A stretch of DNA of 64,000 bases. It comes from a virus. This document shows, in pieces, positions 45,771 through 54,832 of the stretch. The position numbers and the translations under genes are program-made. The notes beneath the pieces are model-generated. The model was given only the letters and a program-made list of their open reading frames with translations, had not been told where the DNA came from and did no database searches. The first letter of the stretch is position 1, and the number at the start of each line of letters is the position of its first letter. The DNA lies in IMG/VR virus record IMGVR_UViG_3300020469_000001, positions 32,001 to 96,000 of that record. One strand, given 5' to 3'.

Positions 45771-46153
45771 GATTTACATGTGGAGCATTTGATTTGCTTC
45801 ATGCAGGACATATCGTTATGCTAAAAGAGGCAAAAGCACATTGTGACCACTTAATAGTAGGATTACAAACAGACCCTAGCATAGACAGACAAGACAAAAA
45901 TCAACCTATTCAGTCAGTATTTGAAAGATATGTCCAACTAAACGCAGTAAAGTATGTAGATGAAATCATACCTTACGATACAGAACAAAGCCTTCTAGAT
46001 TTACTAGAGGCAACTCCAATACATATAAGATTTGTTGGAGAAGATTGGAGTGAAAAACATTTCACAGGCAAAGGATTACACGAAATATTCTATACGAGTA
46101 GAGCGCACTCCTTTTCAACAACACAACTAAGGAACAGAATAAGTGATAGATGA
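45755..46153 (+). CDS. Cytidylyltransferase (TagD-like)
   Basis: GAFDLLHAGH, VGLQTDP and FSTT. Confidence 0.88.
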   Translation: MDRRIGFTCGAFDLLHAGHIVMLKEAKAHCDHLIVGLQTDPSIDRQDKNQPIQSVFERYVQLNAVKYVDEIIPYDTEQSLLDLLEATPIHIRFVGEDWSEKHFTGKGLHEIFYTSRAHSFSTTQLRNRISDR

Positions 46154-46673
46154 GTTAAAATCTTGGGGAGTTAAACCTGAGTATAGTGGATTAGGATTTA
46201 TATTCCTGCACGAATCTAACAAGCAAGTTAGATGGAACTTCTATTGCCCTGACCTTACACCTGTTGAAGTAAATGATTTTCATACCCATAGAATTAGATT
46301 TGAGTCCCAAGTAATAAGAGGGCGACTAGTCAACGAAGTATGTAAGTGGGAGAGGTCAAAAGATAGCCTACTACAGATAGTAGAAACCAACTGCATACAT
46401 CCACATTTCAGAAGAAATGTAATAGAAGAAAGTATTCATATACGACCAGACGGTACATACTCACTCCCAGCGGGTGCATGGTATATCAGCGAAGCAGATA
46501 CCTTTCACAGAGTGAAGTGTCCCGAACAAACCATAACAAGATTACACATATTTGACAAGGAAACTAGAAACAACTTGACAATAAGAAGAAAAGATAAAAC
46601 GTTTCGTTGTCCTTTACAGGACTTCAAAAAGTCTGAGAAAGAATGTTGGGAAATAATTAGGACATTCTTTTAA
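46143..46673 (+). CDS. Cupin-like hypothetical protein
   Basis: GLGFI...NFY.P.L...HTHR; paralog of 43451-43990. Confidence 0.55.
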   Translation: MIDELKSWGVKPEYSGLGFIFLHESNKQVRWNFYCPDLTPVEVNDFHTHRIRFESQVIRGRLVNEVCKWERSKDSLLQIVETNCIHPHFRRNVIEESIHIRPDGTYSLPAGAWYISEADTFHRVKCPEQTITRLHIFDKETRNNLTIRRKDKTFRCPLQDFKKSEKECWEIIRTFF

Positions 46674-47053
46674 TGGCTGGGGGAATATATAACGAAACAT
46701 ATTTTAAGAACTACCCTGAAGAAAAAGAAAGGGAAGGAATACTGTATGGTATTGTATTGGTAAATATGAAAACATGGGAACGAGAAACTATAAAAGTAGG
46801 CATCGCAAAAGGAAGAACCTTCAAAGACGCAGTACGAAGAGGGCGTGGATTTACAAACTACGACATTCGGATTCAGAGACTGTGGCAGGGGAATCTATAC
46901 GATTGTTGGAGATTCGAGCAAAAACTACACAACCAGTTTCAGAAAGATAGACATAAAACGGAGCATAAATTTGGCGGACATACGGAGTGTTTCTCAATGG
47001 ACAGCAAAATCTTGGAGGTATTTCCGAAGAAGAATGAGATATTTAGGGATTAG
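46673..47053 (+). CDS. GIY-YIG/T5orf172-like protein
   Basis: LY...KVGI...EQKLH...FGGHTECF. Confidence 0.65.
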   Translation: MAGGIYNETYFKNYPEEKEREGILYGIVLVNMKTWERETIKVGIAKGRTFKDAVRRGRGFTNYDIRIQRLWQGNLYDCWRFEQKLHNQFQKDRHKTEHKFGGHTECFSMDSKILEVFPKKNEIFRD

Positions 47054-48380
47054 CGAGGGCTTTCACAATGCAGCATACGCTGTAGTGGAAGGAGATAAGG
47101 TTATCTACGCAACAGAAGTAGAGAGAATAACTCGTGTAAAAAATGATAAAACAATACCAGATTTTCATTTCAACACATTACAGAGTAAATTTAATTATGA
47201 TGAAACAATTTTTTATGAACATACTGATATCAAGAATGCGAGACGAGACATGTACAGAATGGCAAAAACAACGCCGTGCAGACCGTATACTCACAGAAAT
47301 ATATTTCACCATGAAAGCCATTACGCCGCTGCTTATTTTTCTGCTCCTTTCACTCCTGACAGCACGGTTGTAATCGATGCTATTGGAGAGTTTGATACAG
47401 CAACAATATGGGTAGAGGGTAAGAAAGTATGGTCAAAGCAATACCCATGGTCACTAGGATTATTCTATAGTGCAATCACGAAACGAATAGGACTAAAACC
47501 AAACGAAGATGAGTATATTACTATGGGCATGGCTGCCTTTGGGGATATATCTATAGATATGCAGGAAGAAATACACCAAAATAATCACAAAGGTTTTAAG
47601 AGACGTAAGTGGTTTTGGCACACTCCTGAAGATATAGCTGCGTCAGCACAAGCTCATCTAGAAACAGAGCTACTAGACATCTTTGCAAAAGCAAGGAAGT
47701 ATGGACCAAATGTAGCGTATGCTGGTGGGGTTGCGTTAAACTGTGTGGCAAACAGTAAGATAAGACCTATGTTTGACAATATGTGGATATTTCCAAACCC
47801 AGGCGATGCAGGTAGTGCGTTAGGTTGCGTACTTGCAAAAACTAAACAGAAAATAAAATTCGAAGACACTTTCCTAGGACATGATATAACAAGAAGTATC
47901 AATCCTAAGTTAGTAGTCGATACACTACTTAAAAGAAAAGTAGTAGGAGTAGCAAATGGAAAAGCAGAATTTGGGCCTCGTGCCCTCGGGAATCGCAGTT
48001 TGCTTGGTGATGTTCGTTATGATATTAAAGACACAGTCAATAATATTAAGCGAAGACAAAAGTTTCGTCCTTTTGCTCCCGCAATCCTCGAGGAGTATTA
48101 TGAAAAATATTTTGAAGGATACGGAAACGAATACATGCAATTCGTTGCAAAAGCGAAACACGACTACAGTTCTGTCACACACATTGATGGAACCTCAAGA
48201 GTCCAGGTGGTCAAGCCTAGCTCTAAGTCAGCACTGCGACCTATACTAGAAGAATATTACGAGAGAACAGGAGTACCTATGTTGCTCAATACAAGTTTGA
48301 ATATTAAAGGCGAACCTATGGTTAATACTGTGGAAGACGCTGATAGATTTCAAAGCAACTACGGAGTGAGAGTATTTTGA
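47034..48380 (+). CDS. Carbamoyltransferase (NodU/CmcH family)
   Basis: LGI..GFHNAA, HHESH, DAIGE, GGVALN, EFGPRALGNRS, FRPFAP and LNTSLN. Confidence 0.92.
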   Translation: MRYLGISEGFHNAAYAVVEGDKVIYATEVERITRVKNDKTIPDFHFNTLQSKFNYDETIFYEHTDIKNARRDMYRMAKTTPCRPYTHRNIFHHESHYAAAYFSAPFTPDSTVVIDAIGEFDTATIWVEGKKVWSKQYPWSLGLFYSAITKRIGLKPNEDEYITMGMAAFGDISIDMQEEIHQNNHKGFKRRKWFWHTPEDIAASAQAHLETELLDIFAKARKYGPNVAYAGGVALNCVANSKIRPMFDNMWIFPNPGDAGSALGCVLAKTKQKIKFEDTFLGHDITRSINPKLVVDTLLKRKVVGVANGKAEFGPRALGNRSLLGDVRYDIKDTVNNIKRRQKFRPFAPAILEEYYEKYFEGYGNEYMQFVAKAKHDYSSVTHIDGTSRVQVVKPSSKSALRPILEEYYERTGVPMLLNTSLNIKGEPMVNTVEDADRFQSNYGVRVF

Positions 48381-49126
48381 TTTACTGGAACGGATGTAGT
48401 TTTGTTAGAGGCATGGAGATACGCAACCGTCCTCGTGATATCTTTGCTAACATTGTTAGTGAAGAATTTGGTCAACCTTGGTGGGATAATGCTAAAGTTG
48501 GTGGAAGTAATGACAGAATATGGAGAACAACCATGGATGACATGATACGGAAACCAGCAAAGCTAGCCATCATCTGTTGGTCAGGAATAAATAGATTTGA
48601 GTATCTTGACGACCACAACACATGGAGAAGTGCAGTTTGGGTAAAGTATAAGTTTGATAAGAAAAATTTAAAAATTAGTGAACAATCAGAAACACACTTT
48701 CACCCACGCATGACATTGAAACAGTGGAAAGCTATACAGGGTTGGGCTATACACGTTCGTTCTATGAGATACAATATTATAAATACATTTAATCATATGA
48801 TAAGTATAAAGTATTTTTTAGAATCAAAGAACATACCATATCTATTTTACAATTTGTCTGATGGACAAATACAACCCACACTAAAAATATTAGACGAGCA
48901 AAGAATGGAAGGCGCTAATAACTTGTGGGAGGTAGGACACATGAAGTTAAATGACTATCTAGATGAACTACCTCACTTGCAAGAAGAAGCTTTCTATGAC
49001 ATGTGTAAAAGAGAACAAGTGCCATTCGGACCGAAAGACCATCCATTAGAGGAAGGTCACAAGTTGATGGCAGAGAGAATTATTGGAGATATATATGATA
49101 AAAAACTGGATAAAGTCTTTAGTTAA
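48377..49126 (+). CDS. SGNH-like protein (DUF6071-type)
   Basis: NGCSF, N.A..GGSN.RI.R, WS...R.E and HP.EEGH. Confidence 0.65.
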   Translation: MIYWNGCSFVRGMEIRNRPRDIFANIVSEEFGQPWWDNAKVGGSNDRIWRTTMDDMIRKPAKLAIICWSGINRFEYLDDHNTWRSAVWVKYKFDKKNLKISEQSETHFHPRMTLKQWKAIQGWAIHVRSMRYNIINTFNHMISIKYFLESKNIPYLFYNLSDGQIQPTLKILDEQRMEGANNLWEVGHMKLNDYLDELPHLQEEAFYDMCKREQVPFGPKDHPLEEGHKLMAERIIGDIYDKKLDKVFS

Positions 49127-49251
49127 GAAATGGAAAGCTTTGTGCTGGCAGTGGGAGAACCGCAACATGGTTGAGGACACTCACATTTATGAAGGCGAGG
49201 ACAATTAAATTTTGTCCCAAAAAATCGTATCTAGCACTCAAAAAATAGTTC

Positions 49252-49280
49252 TTGACAGCAGCTCAAAAATCGTCTATAAT
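49252..49280 (+). promoter_or_regulatory. sigma70 promoter
   Basis: AAAAATAGTTC-TTGACA-N17-TATAAT. Confidence 0.8.
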
Positions 49281-49308
49281 ATATCTATATTTTGGAGAGA
49301 GAAGCTAA

Positions 49309-50082
49309 GTGAAACAGATTATACCACCGACTAACTGTCCTTGTTGCGCTAGTATATTAGTATACCGCAATGACCAGTTATTTTGTGAGGACATTACTTG
49401 TCCAGCACAGTGGGATAAAAAAGTAGAACACTTTGCTTCGACTCTTAAGATAAAAGGACTCGGACCTGCAACTCTTAACAAGTTGCAAATCGAAGACTAT
49501 GCAGAACTTTACGAACTAACAGTATCTGAAATAAGAGAAAGATTAGGAAGTACAAAGTTAGCTGAGAAACTCTTTGTCGAGATTGAGAAATCAAAACAAA
49601 GTAAGTTGGTTGATATTATACCAGCTTTCAGCATACCCCTTATTGGTCGGTCGGCTTCTCAAAAATTATGCGATAGAATATCACACATCGAAGATATTAG
49701 CGAGAAAAGTTGTACTGAAGCAGGTATCGGACCAAAAGCATCGGCTAACTTAATTCAGTGGTTAGAAACTGAATTCTACCCTAATCAATACTTGACAACA
49801 CTACCTTTCAAATGGAATAATAAAGTAATTAGAAAAAAAGAGGTCATAGGAGTTGTTTGCATATCAGGTAAGTTAAAGTCATATTCGACTAAGGCACACG
49901 CCACTAAAGTTCTAAATGAATATGGTTTTACAGTAAAGAGTTCGTTGACAAAGGACTGCACTCATCTTATAAATGAGAGTGGAATCGAGTCAGCAAAAAC
50001 AACGACAGCTCGTGACCGAGGTGTTATAATAATAAGTAATATTAAACATTTGATAGAGGAAAATAAAAATGGCATTACCTAA
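49309..50082 (+). CDS. NAD-dependent DNA ligase, subunit B (Zn finger, HhH, BRCT)
   Basis: PTNCPCC...C...C, IKGLG, IPLIG, GIG and a BRCT-like C-terminus. Confidence 0.88.
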   Translation: MKQIIPPTNCPCCASILVYRNDQLFCEDITCPAQWDKKVEHFASTLKIKGLGPATLNKLQIEDYAELYELTVSEIRERLGSTKLAEKLFVEIEKSKQSKLVDIIPAFSIPLIGRSASQKLCDRISHIEDISEKSCTEAGIGPKASANLIQWLETEFYPNQYLTTLPFKWNNKVIRKKEVIGVVCISGKLKSYSTKAHATKVLNEYGFTVKSSLTKDCTHLINESGIESAKTTTARDRGVIIISNIKHLIEENKNGIT

Positions 50083-50785
50083 ATGGACAGACGAAAGAAC
50101 TCAACAATTAGTTGATTTCGTTGGAAGTGAGTCACCTATCTCACAAAACACAGTTGCTAACGCAGCTGATGAGTTAGAAACATCTGTAAGAAGTGTTTCT
50201 TCTAAACTCAGAAAAATGGGTTTCGAGGTTGAACTAGCTTCAGCTTCAGCTTCTAAATCATTCTCAGATGAGCAAGAAGCTACATTAAGCACATTCGTGC
50301 AAGACAATTCTGGCGTATACACATATGCTGAAATTGCTGGAAACTTTGAAGGCGGACACTTTAGTGCGAAGTCAATTCAAGGAAAAATCCTTTCTATGCA
50401 GTTAACAGAACATGTTAAACCTGCACCTAAAGTTGAGACTGTTAAGTCTTACAACGAGGAAGAAGAAGGGCAATTTGTATCATTAGTAAATGATGGTGCA
50501 TTTATTGAGGACATCGCTGAAGCCCTAGGCAGAAGTGTAAACTCAATCAGAGGTAAAGCATTATCTCTTCTCAGAGCAGGAGAAATCAATGCTATTCCTA
50601 AGCAGAAAGAAACCAAAGGTTCAAGCAAAGCTGATCCTTTAGCAGGTGTCGACATTGACGGCATGACTGTTGAAGAAATTGCTGATGAAATCGGCAAAAC
50701 AGTAAGAGGCGTGAAAACAATGCTTACTAGAAGAGGCTTACAGTGTGCGGACTATAACGGCGCTGCTAAAAAAGAAATAGGCTAA
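50069..50785 (+). CDS. T5 D5-like DNA-binding protein
   Basis: Repeated HTH units RSVSSKLRKMG, RSVNSIRGKALS and KTVRGVKTMLTRRG. Confidence 0.8.
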   Translation: MALPKWTDERTQQLVDFVGSESPISQNTVANAADELETSVRSVSSKLRKMGFEVELASASASKSFSDEQEATLSTFVQDNSGVYTYAEIAGNFEGGHFSAKSIQGKILSMQLTEHVKPAPKVETVKSYNEEEEGQFVSLVNDGAFIEDIAEALGRSVNSIRGKALSLLRAGEINAIPKQKETKGSSKADPLAGVDIDGMTVEEIADEIGKTVRGVKTMLTRRGLQCADYNGAAKKEIG

Positions 50786-50798
50786 ACTATTTCTATCC

Positions 50799-50838
50799 GA
50801 GGCGAGCAGTTCATCTATGGATTGCCTCGCCTTTTTTG
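50799..50838 (+). terminator. Rho-independent terminator
   Basis: aggcgag...ctcgcct followed by a T-run. Confidence 0.7.
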
Positions 50839-50869
50839 TATATATTAACTTTGTTTTGGGAGAGACAGA

Positions 50870-52231
50870 TTGACTTTAGAGAGTGCATTACTCAAACAAA
50901 TACTTGCGAATGGCGACTTTGAGACTTGGAATGGTCTGAAAGAACACTATTTCCCAGAAGGTGAGTACCGAAAACTGTGGCGAATAGTAGACAAACATGT
51001 TCACAAGTATAACGATTTACCTAGCTTTGAAGATTTAAAGCTAGAAGTCCGTTCGCGTGATTTACAAGAAAAAATATATGCAATCGAAACAGTTGAAACA
51101 GATGTCGAGTCTATAATTCTATTAGACTATCTGAAAAATCAATTTACTCAATCCGAGATATTATCGAAAATCGAAAACTATGTTGACACACAAGTAGCTA
51201 TATCAGATGCTAGAGAAAACATAGACCTACTACAAGAAATTGTTGTGCAAGTGGAAGATAGCGTTGACACCAACGACGAAGCTGACAACATGGAAACTGT
51301 AGAGCTTTTCGATAGTGATGAGGACTTAGCAAAGTTTTTACCGCTCGGGCTCAATCAAGAATACGACCTGGACTATACATTCTCTCCCAAAGACTTGGTA
51401 GTTATCGGTGGACAGCGTGGTGGAGGTAAGTCCTTTACCTGTTGTAACGTGGCAGCTGCTGCCCAAGATAAGGGCAAATCAGCACTATACTTTACTATTG
51501 AAATGGACACTAGACAAATGTTGCAGAGAATCTGTGGTATTCAGACAGGTGTTCCTAGTAAGCGAATCAAAGCAAAGAATCTTTCTCCAATGGAGTGGGA
51601 TAAAGTTGCTCAATGGTGGGCTGCTAGATTCAATTCAGGAGAAGAAGTCTACAGTAAGTGGCAAGACCACCAAGATTTCGACAAGTTCCATTATGAACTT
51701 AGTAGAAACAGACTGAAAGAAGGACAACCTCTCATAGATATTCATTACGACCCATCACTTACTTTAGCGAAAATTATTAGCGTAGTAAGACAAAAGCAAG
51801 TCCAGTTACCAAACTTGGGCGTGGTCATAGTGGACTATCTAAACCAAGTGAAACGCCATAACGCACCAAATCGTTCAGGTCAGTATGATTGGACCGAGCA
51901 AATCGAGATCTCAAAAGGTCTCAAATCTCTCGCACAAGAGAGCAAAGTTCTAGTTCTCTCCGCTTTTCAGACTAATGAGAAAGGAGAGGCAAGATTCTCA
52001 AAAGGAATCTTGGATGCTGTTGATGCTGCTTACAGCATACAGCATTGGGGAGACGAAGAACCTTGTATTAAGTTTAAGTGTGATAAGATGAGAAGTGGAG
52101 CAGCAGAAAACTTCACCTCAGAAATGAACTGGGAAACCTTAAAGATTGGGCCTCACACTGCCCTTGACCCAGATGAAAAGTCAGAAATGAAAGAAGCAAT
52201 GACAACAGGGGAAGATACATACGATCTATGA
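50870..52231 (+). CDS. dnaB: DnaB-like replicative helicase
   Basis: GQRGGGKS, FTIEM, IVDYL and KCDKMR. Confidence 0.88.
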   Translation: MTLESALLKQILANGDFETWNGLKEHYFPEGEYRKLWRIVDKHVHKYNDLPSFEDLKLEVRSRDLQEKIYAIETVETDVESIILLDYLKNQFTQSEILSKIENYVDTQVAISDARENIDLLQEIVVQVEDSVDTNDEADNMETVELFDSDEDLAKFLPLGLNQEYDLDYTFSPKDLVVIGGQRGGGKSFTCCNVAAAAQDKGKSALYFTIEMDTRQMLQRICGIQTGVPSKRIKAKNLSPMEWDKVAQWWAARFNSGEEVYSKWQDHQDFDKFHYELSRNRLKEGQPLIDIHYDPSLTLAKIISVVRQKQVQLPNLGVVIVDYLNQVKRHNAPNRSGQYDWTEQIEISKGLKSLAQESKVLVLSAFQTNEKGEARFSKGILDAVDAAYSIQHWGDEEPCIKFKCDKMRSGAAENFTSEMNWETLKIGPHTALDPDEKSEMKEAMTTGEDTYDL

Positions 52232-52381
52232 TATTATACACAGAAAAACAACTTGAAGACGCATGGCACATTCATTGTGCAGAAATAGTATATAGCAACC
52301 AAGAAAGCACAGTATATTTAGCATATCCAACACTAGAGGAGTTCAGACCTATCTATGAAGAAATGATGGAGGATATATTAA

Positions 52382-53035
52382 GTGGTCGCACATGATAAGA
52401 AATGGTGTTATGTACATATACCTAAATGCGGAGGTATATCAATAACAAGAGCATGGTTAGCTCAACAAGACAAAAAATTTTTATTCCAACATAGAAATTG
52501 GCAAGTAGGATTAAATGCCGATTTTATTAGAGAGGGAATAGACAACAGAACAAAAGGAACAGTATTTAACAATATACACGCAACCTACGACCAGTTAGCA
52601 ATACAGTACCCAAACTATAAGTATTATACTGTAATAAGAAACCCTCTCACAAGATGGGAAAGTCTTTATAAACACGCTTGTGATGAAGGCTTTATAGTAG
52701 ACTGGGATATTATAACTTGGACAAAGAAAGCAATACAGTCCCTAGAGAATGGGGCATACTTCGGTACTATACAGAACTTAGATGTATTTGAAAAAAGTTT
52801 AGTTCGTATGGGCAGTTACCATGTGATGTATTTACCAGCATGGACATACTACAGAGAACCAGAAGTAGAAGTGCATAGACTAGAAGACCACACTATTTGG
52901 AAAGCTCTAGGAATAATAAGAAACAATCATCATGCCTCTATAACACAACTAGCAGGGTATGATAAAGAGTATGTAATGAAATTAATTTACGAATACTACA
53001 GGAAGGATTTTGAAAGATGGCAGATGACAGAGTAA
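52382..53035 (+). CDS. Sulfotransferase family 2 protein
   Basis: YVHIPKCGG.SI, IRNP..RWES.Y and Y..DF. Confidence 0.85.
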   Translation: MVAHDKKWCYVHIPKCGGISITRAWLAQQDKKFLFQHRNWQVGLNADFIREGIDNRTKGTVFNNIHATYDQLAIQYPNYKYYTVIRNPLTRWESLYKHACDEGFIVDWDIITWTKKAIQSLENGAYFGTIQNLDVFEKSLVRMGSYHVMYLPAWTYYREPEVEVHRLEDHTIWKALGIIRNNHHASITQLAGYDKEYVMKLIYEYYRKDFERWQMTE

Positions 53036-53496
53036 GTAGAGAAACTGCAGAACTAGTACCTCTAGCACCACATACTTGGTATGTAAGAAAGATAGGGTGG
53101 CTACTAGAGCAACCTAAAGTAAAAGAGAATATAGTAAATGTTCCGCCCAATGAACCACTGAGAGAAGCACTAAAGAAAGAAGGAGTGCGTTCTCCATTTT
53201 TATGTATGCCAAACTGGTACCCGATTGCAGGAAGTCAAAGACTGAGAGTGCTTAGTGAGATACCTGAACTATGGGAACAAGAAGTAAGAGTATGCAGATT
53301 TGATAAAGAGTGGTGGCTACATTATTATTTATGGGGCGACACAGAATTTAGAGACAAAGCGGTTGCTGTTTGGTTTCAAATGGCAGAATTAGTATGGAAA
53401 AGTATGTACTATGAGAATGATGAAAAATTTAGGGAGTACGAAAGATTAGGAGATGAATTGGAATGGAAACACAAGTCAAAGTTAACGGACAAGTAA
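53017..53496 (+). CDS. Hypothetical protein, ParB/Srx-like
   Basis: EGVRSP...AGSQRL. Confidence 0.45.
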   Translation: MADDRVSRETAELVPLAPHTWYVRKIGWLLEQPKVKENIVNVPPNEPLREALKKEGVRSPFLCMPNWYPIAGSQRLRVLSEIPELWEQEVRVCRFDKEWWLHYYLWGDTEFRDKAVAVWFQMAELVWKSMYYENDEKFREYERLGDELEWKHKSKLTDK

Positions 53497-53957
53497 TAAT
53501 TCTAGCAGACACAAATCCTTTACATCATGAAGGGTATTGTCAATGGAAAAATATAAATACAAAACAAATATGGAATGTTGATGGCAGCGAAGCACAAGTA
53601 TGTTTCAATGCAGAGTTAGCAGAGCAGAAAGAGATTACTTTTCTAGCCCCAGTAATAACACGACCAAATACTATAGAAATATGTAGAAACAATAAAATAA
53701 TAGAGCATACATGGGTAGAGACAATAGACACAGAATTAGACCAGAATCAAATTATGGTACATGATTTATATGATGGCAACATATTTGTAGATGTATGGGA
53801 AAAAGGTGTAGGTTATGTACCTAGTTGCGGAACAGGAGCTGCATCTGCAGCACTATTCGGTAATAATACATTTATGGATGTATATTGCAGAGGCGGTAAG
53901 TATACAATCAAAAAGGATTATTACAGTTGGACTATGGAGGCGGAAAATATTTCTTGA
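53463..53957 (+). CDS. Miniature diaminopimelate-epimerase (DapF)-like protein
   Basis: WNVDGSEAQVC and VWEKGVG...SCGTGA match the two DapF catalytic-Cys motifs. Confidence 0.6.
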   Translation: METQVKVNGQVIILADTNPLHHEGYCQWKNINTKQIWNVDGSEAQVCFNAELAEQKEITFLAPVITRPNTIEICRNNKIIEHTWVETIDTELDQNQIMVHDLYDGNIFVDVWEKGVGYVPSCGTGAASAALFGNNTFMDVYCRGGKYTIKKDYYSWTMEAENIS

Positions 53958-53982
53958 CAAATCCTTAAAAATTTGTTATAAT
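53954..53982 (+). promoter_or_regulatory. sigma70 promoter
   Basis: TTGACA-N17-TATAAT. Confidence 0.8.
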
Positions 53983-53992
53983 ATATGTAATT

Positions 53993-54832
53993 ATGATAGC
54001 TGAAGAACTTCTTAGAGAAAAAGGAATTGATTATCGTCTTTCGGGTAAAGACGCAATAATCTCATGTCTGAACCCAGAGCATGACGACACTAATCCATCA
54101 ATGAGGGTGGACAAAATTACAGGCATATTCCATTGTTTCTCTTGCGGTTACAAAGGTAATCTATTTAGTTATTTTGGTGCACCAGCATCACCGTTAGAAG
54201 TGAAGATGCACCGCATAAAAGAAAAGGTCAATAAAGTTAAAAGCGAAACTGTCGGTATCCAACTCCCAAAGGATCGAGTGATGTGGAAAGGTGGCGGACT
54301 CAGAAATATATCTGAGGAAACTCTCGCAATATGGGATGCATTCACATGGAGTGCTCCCCAGTTCGAGAACCGTATCATCTTTCCTATTCGTGACATTCGA
54401 GGCAAGACAGTCGCACTGATAGGTAGGAGTTTAGATGACTTCTCACAAATGAAGTATTACATCTATCCGAATGGCGTAGAAATGCCATTCTGTCCAGCAA
54501 AAGTAAAACCTATGCAGAATAGAGTTATATTGGTGGAGGGCATATTTGATGCTCTTAACCTTTGGGATAAAGGTCTCAAAAATACAGTGTGTACATTTGG
54601 CACACAACAAGTGAATTGGGTCAAACTAAGTCTGCTGAAACTACAAGGTGTTCAAGGCTTAGACATTATGTTTGACGGGGATGAGGCGGGTATAAAAGCT
54701 GCTGAGCAAGCCAAAGGCTTGGCTGAGAAACTGGAGCTCTCAGCAAGAGTAGTAAAACTAAGGGATAATGTAGACCCTGGTAATTTAACAAAACCAGAAA
54801 TAGAAAGATTAAAGGAAAAATTATATGGCTAA
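53993..54832 (+). CDS. dnaG: DNA primase (CHC2 Zn finger + TOPRIM)
   Basis: C..PEH.D..PS...CFSCG, LVEGIFD and FDGD.AG. Confidence 0.92.
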   Translation: MIAEELLREKGIDYRLSGKDAIISCLNPEHDDTNPSMRVDKITGIFHCFSCGYKGNLFSYFGAPASPLEVKMHRIKEKVNKVKSETVGIQLPKDRVMWKGGGLRNISEETLAIWDAFTWSAPQFENRIIFPIRDIRGKTVALIGRSLDDFSQMKYYIYPNGVEMPFCPAKVKPMQNRVILVEGIFDALNLWDKGLKNTVCTFGTQQVNWVKLSLLKLQGVQGLDIMFDGDEAGIKAAEQAKGLAEKLELSARVVKLRDNVDPGNLTKPEIERLKEKLYG

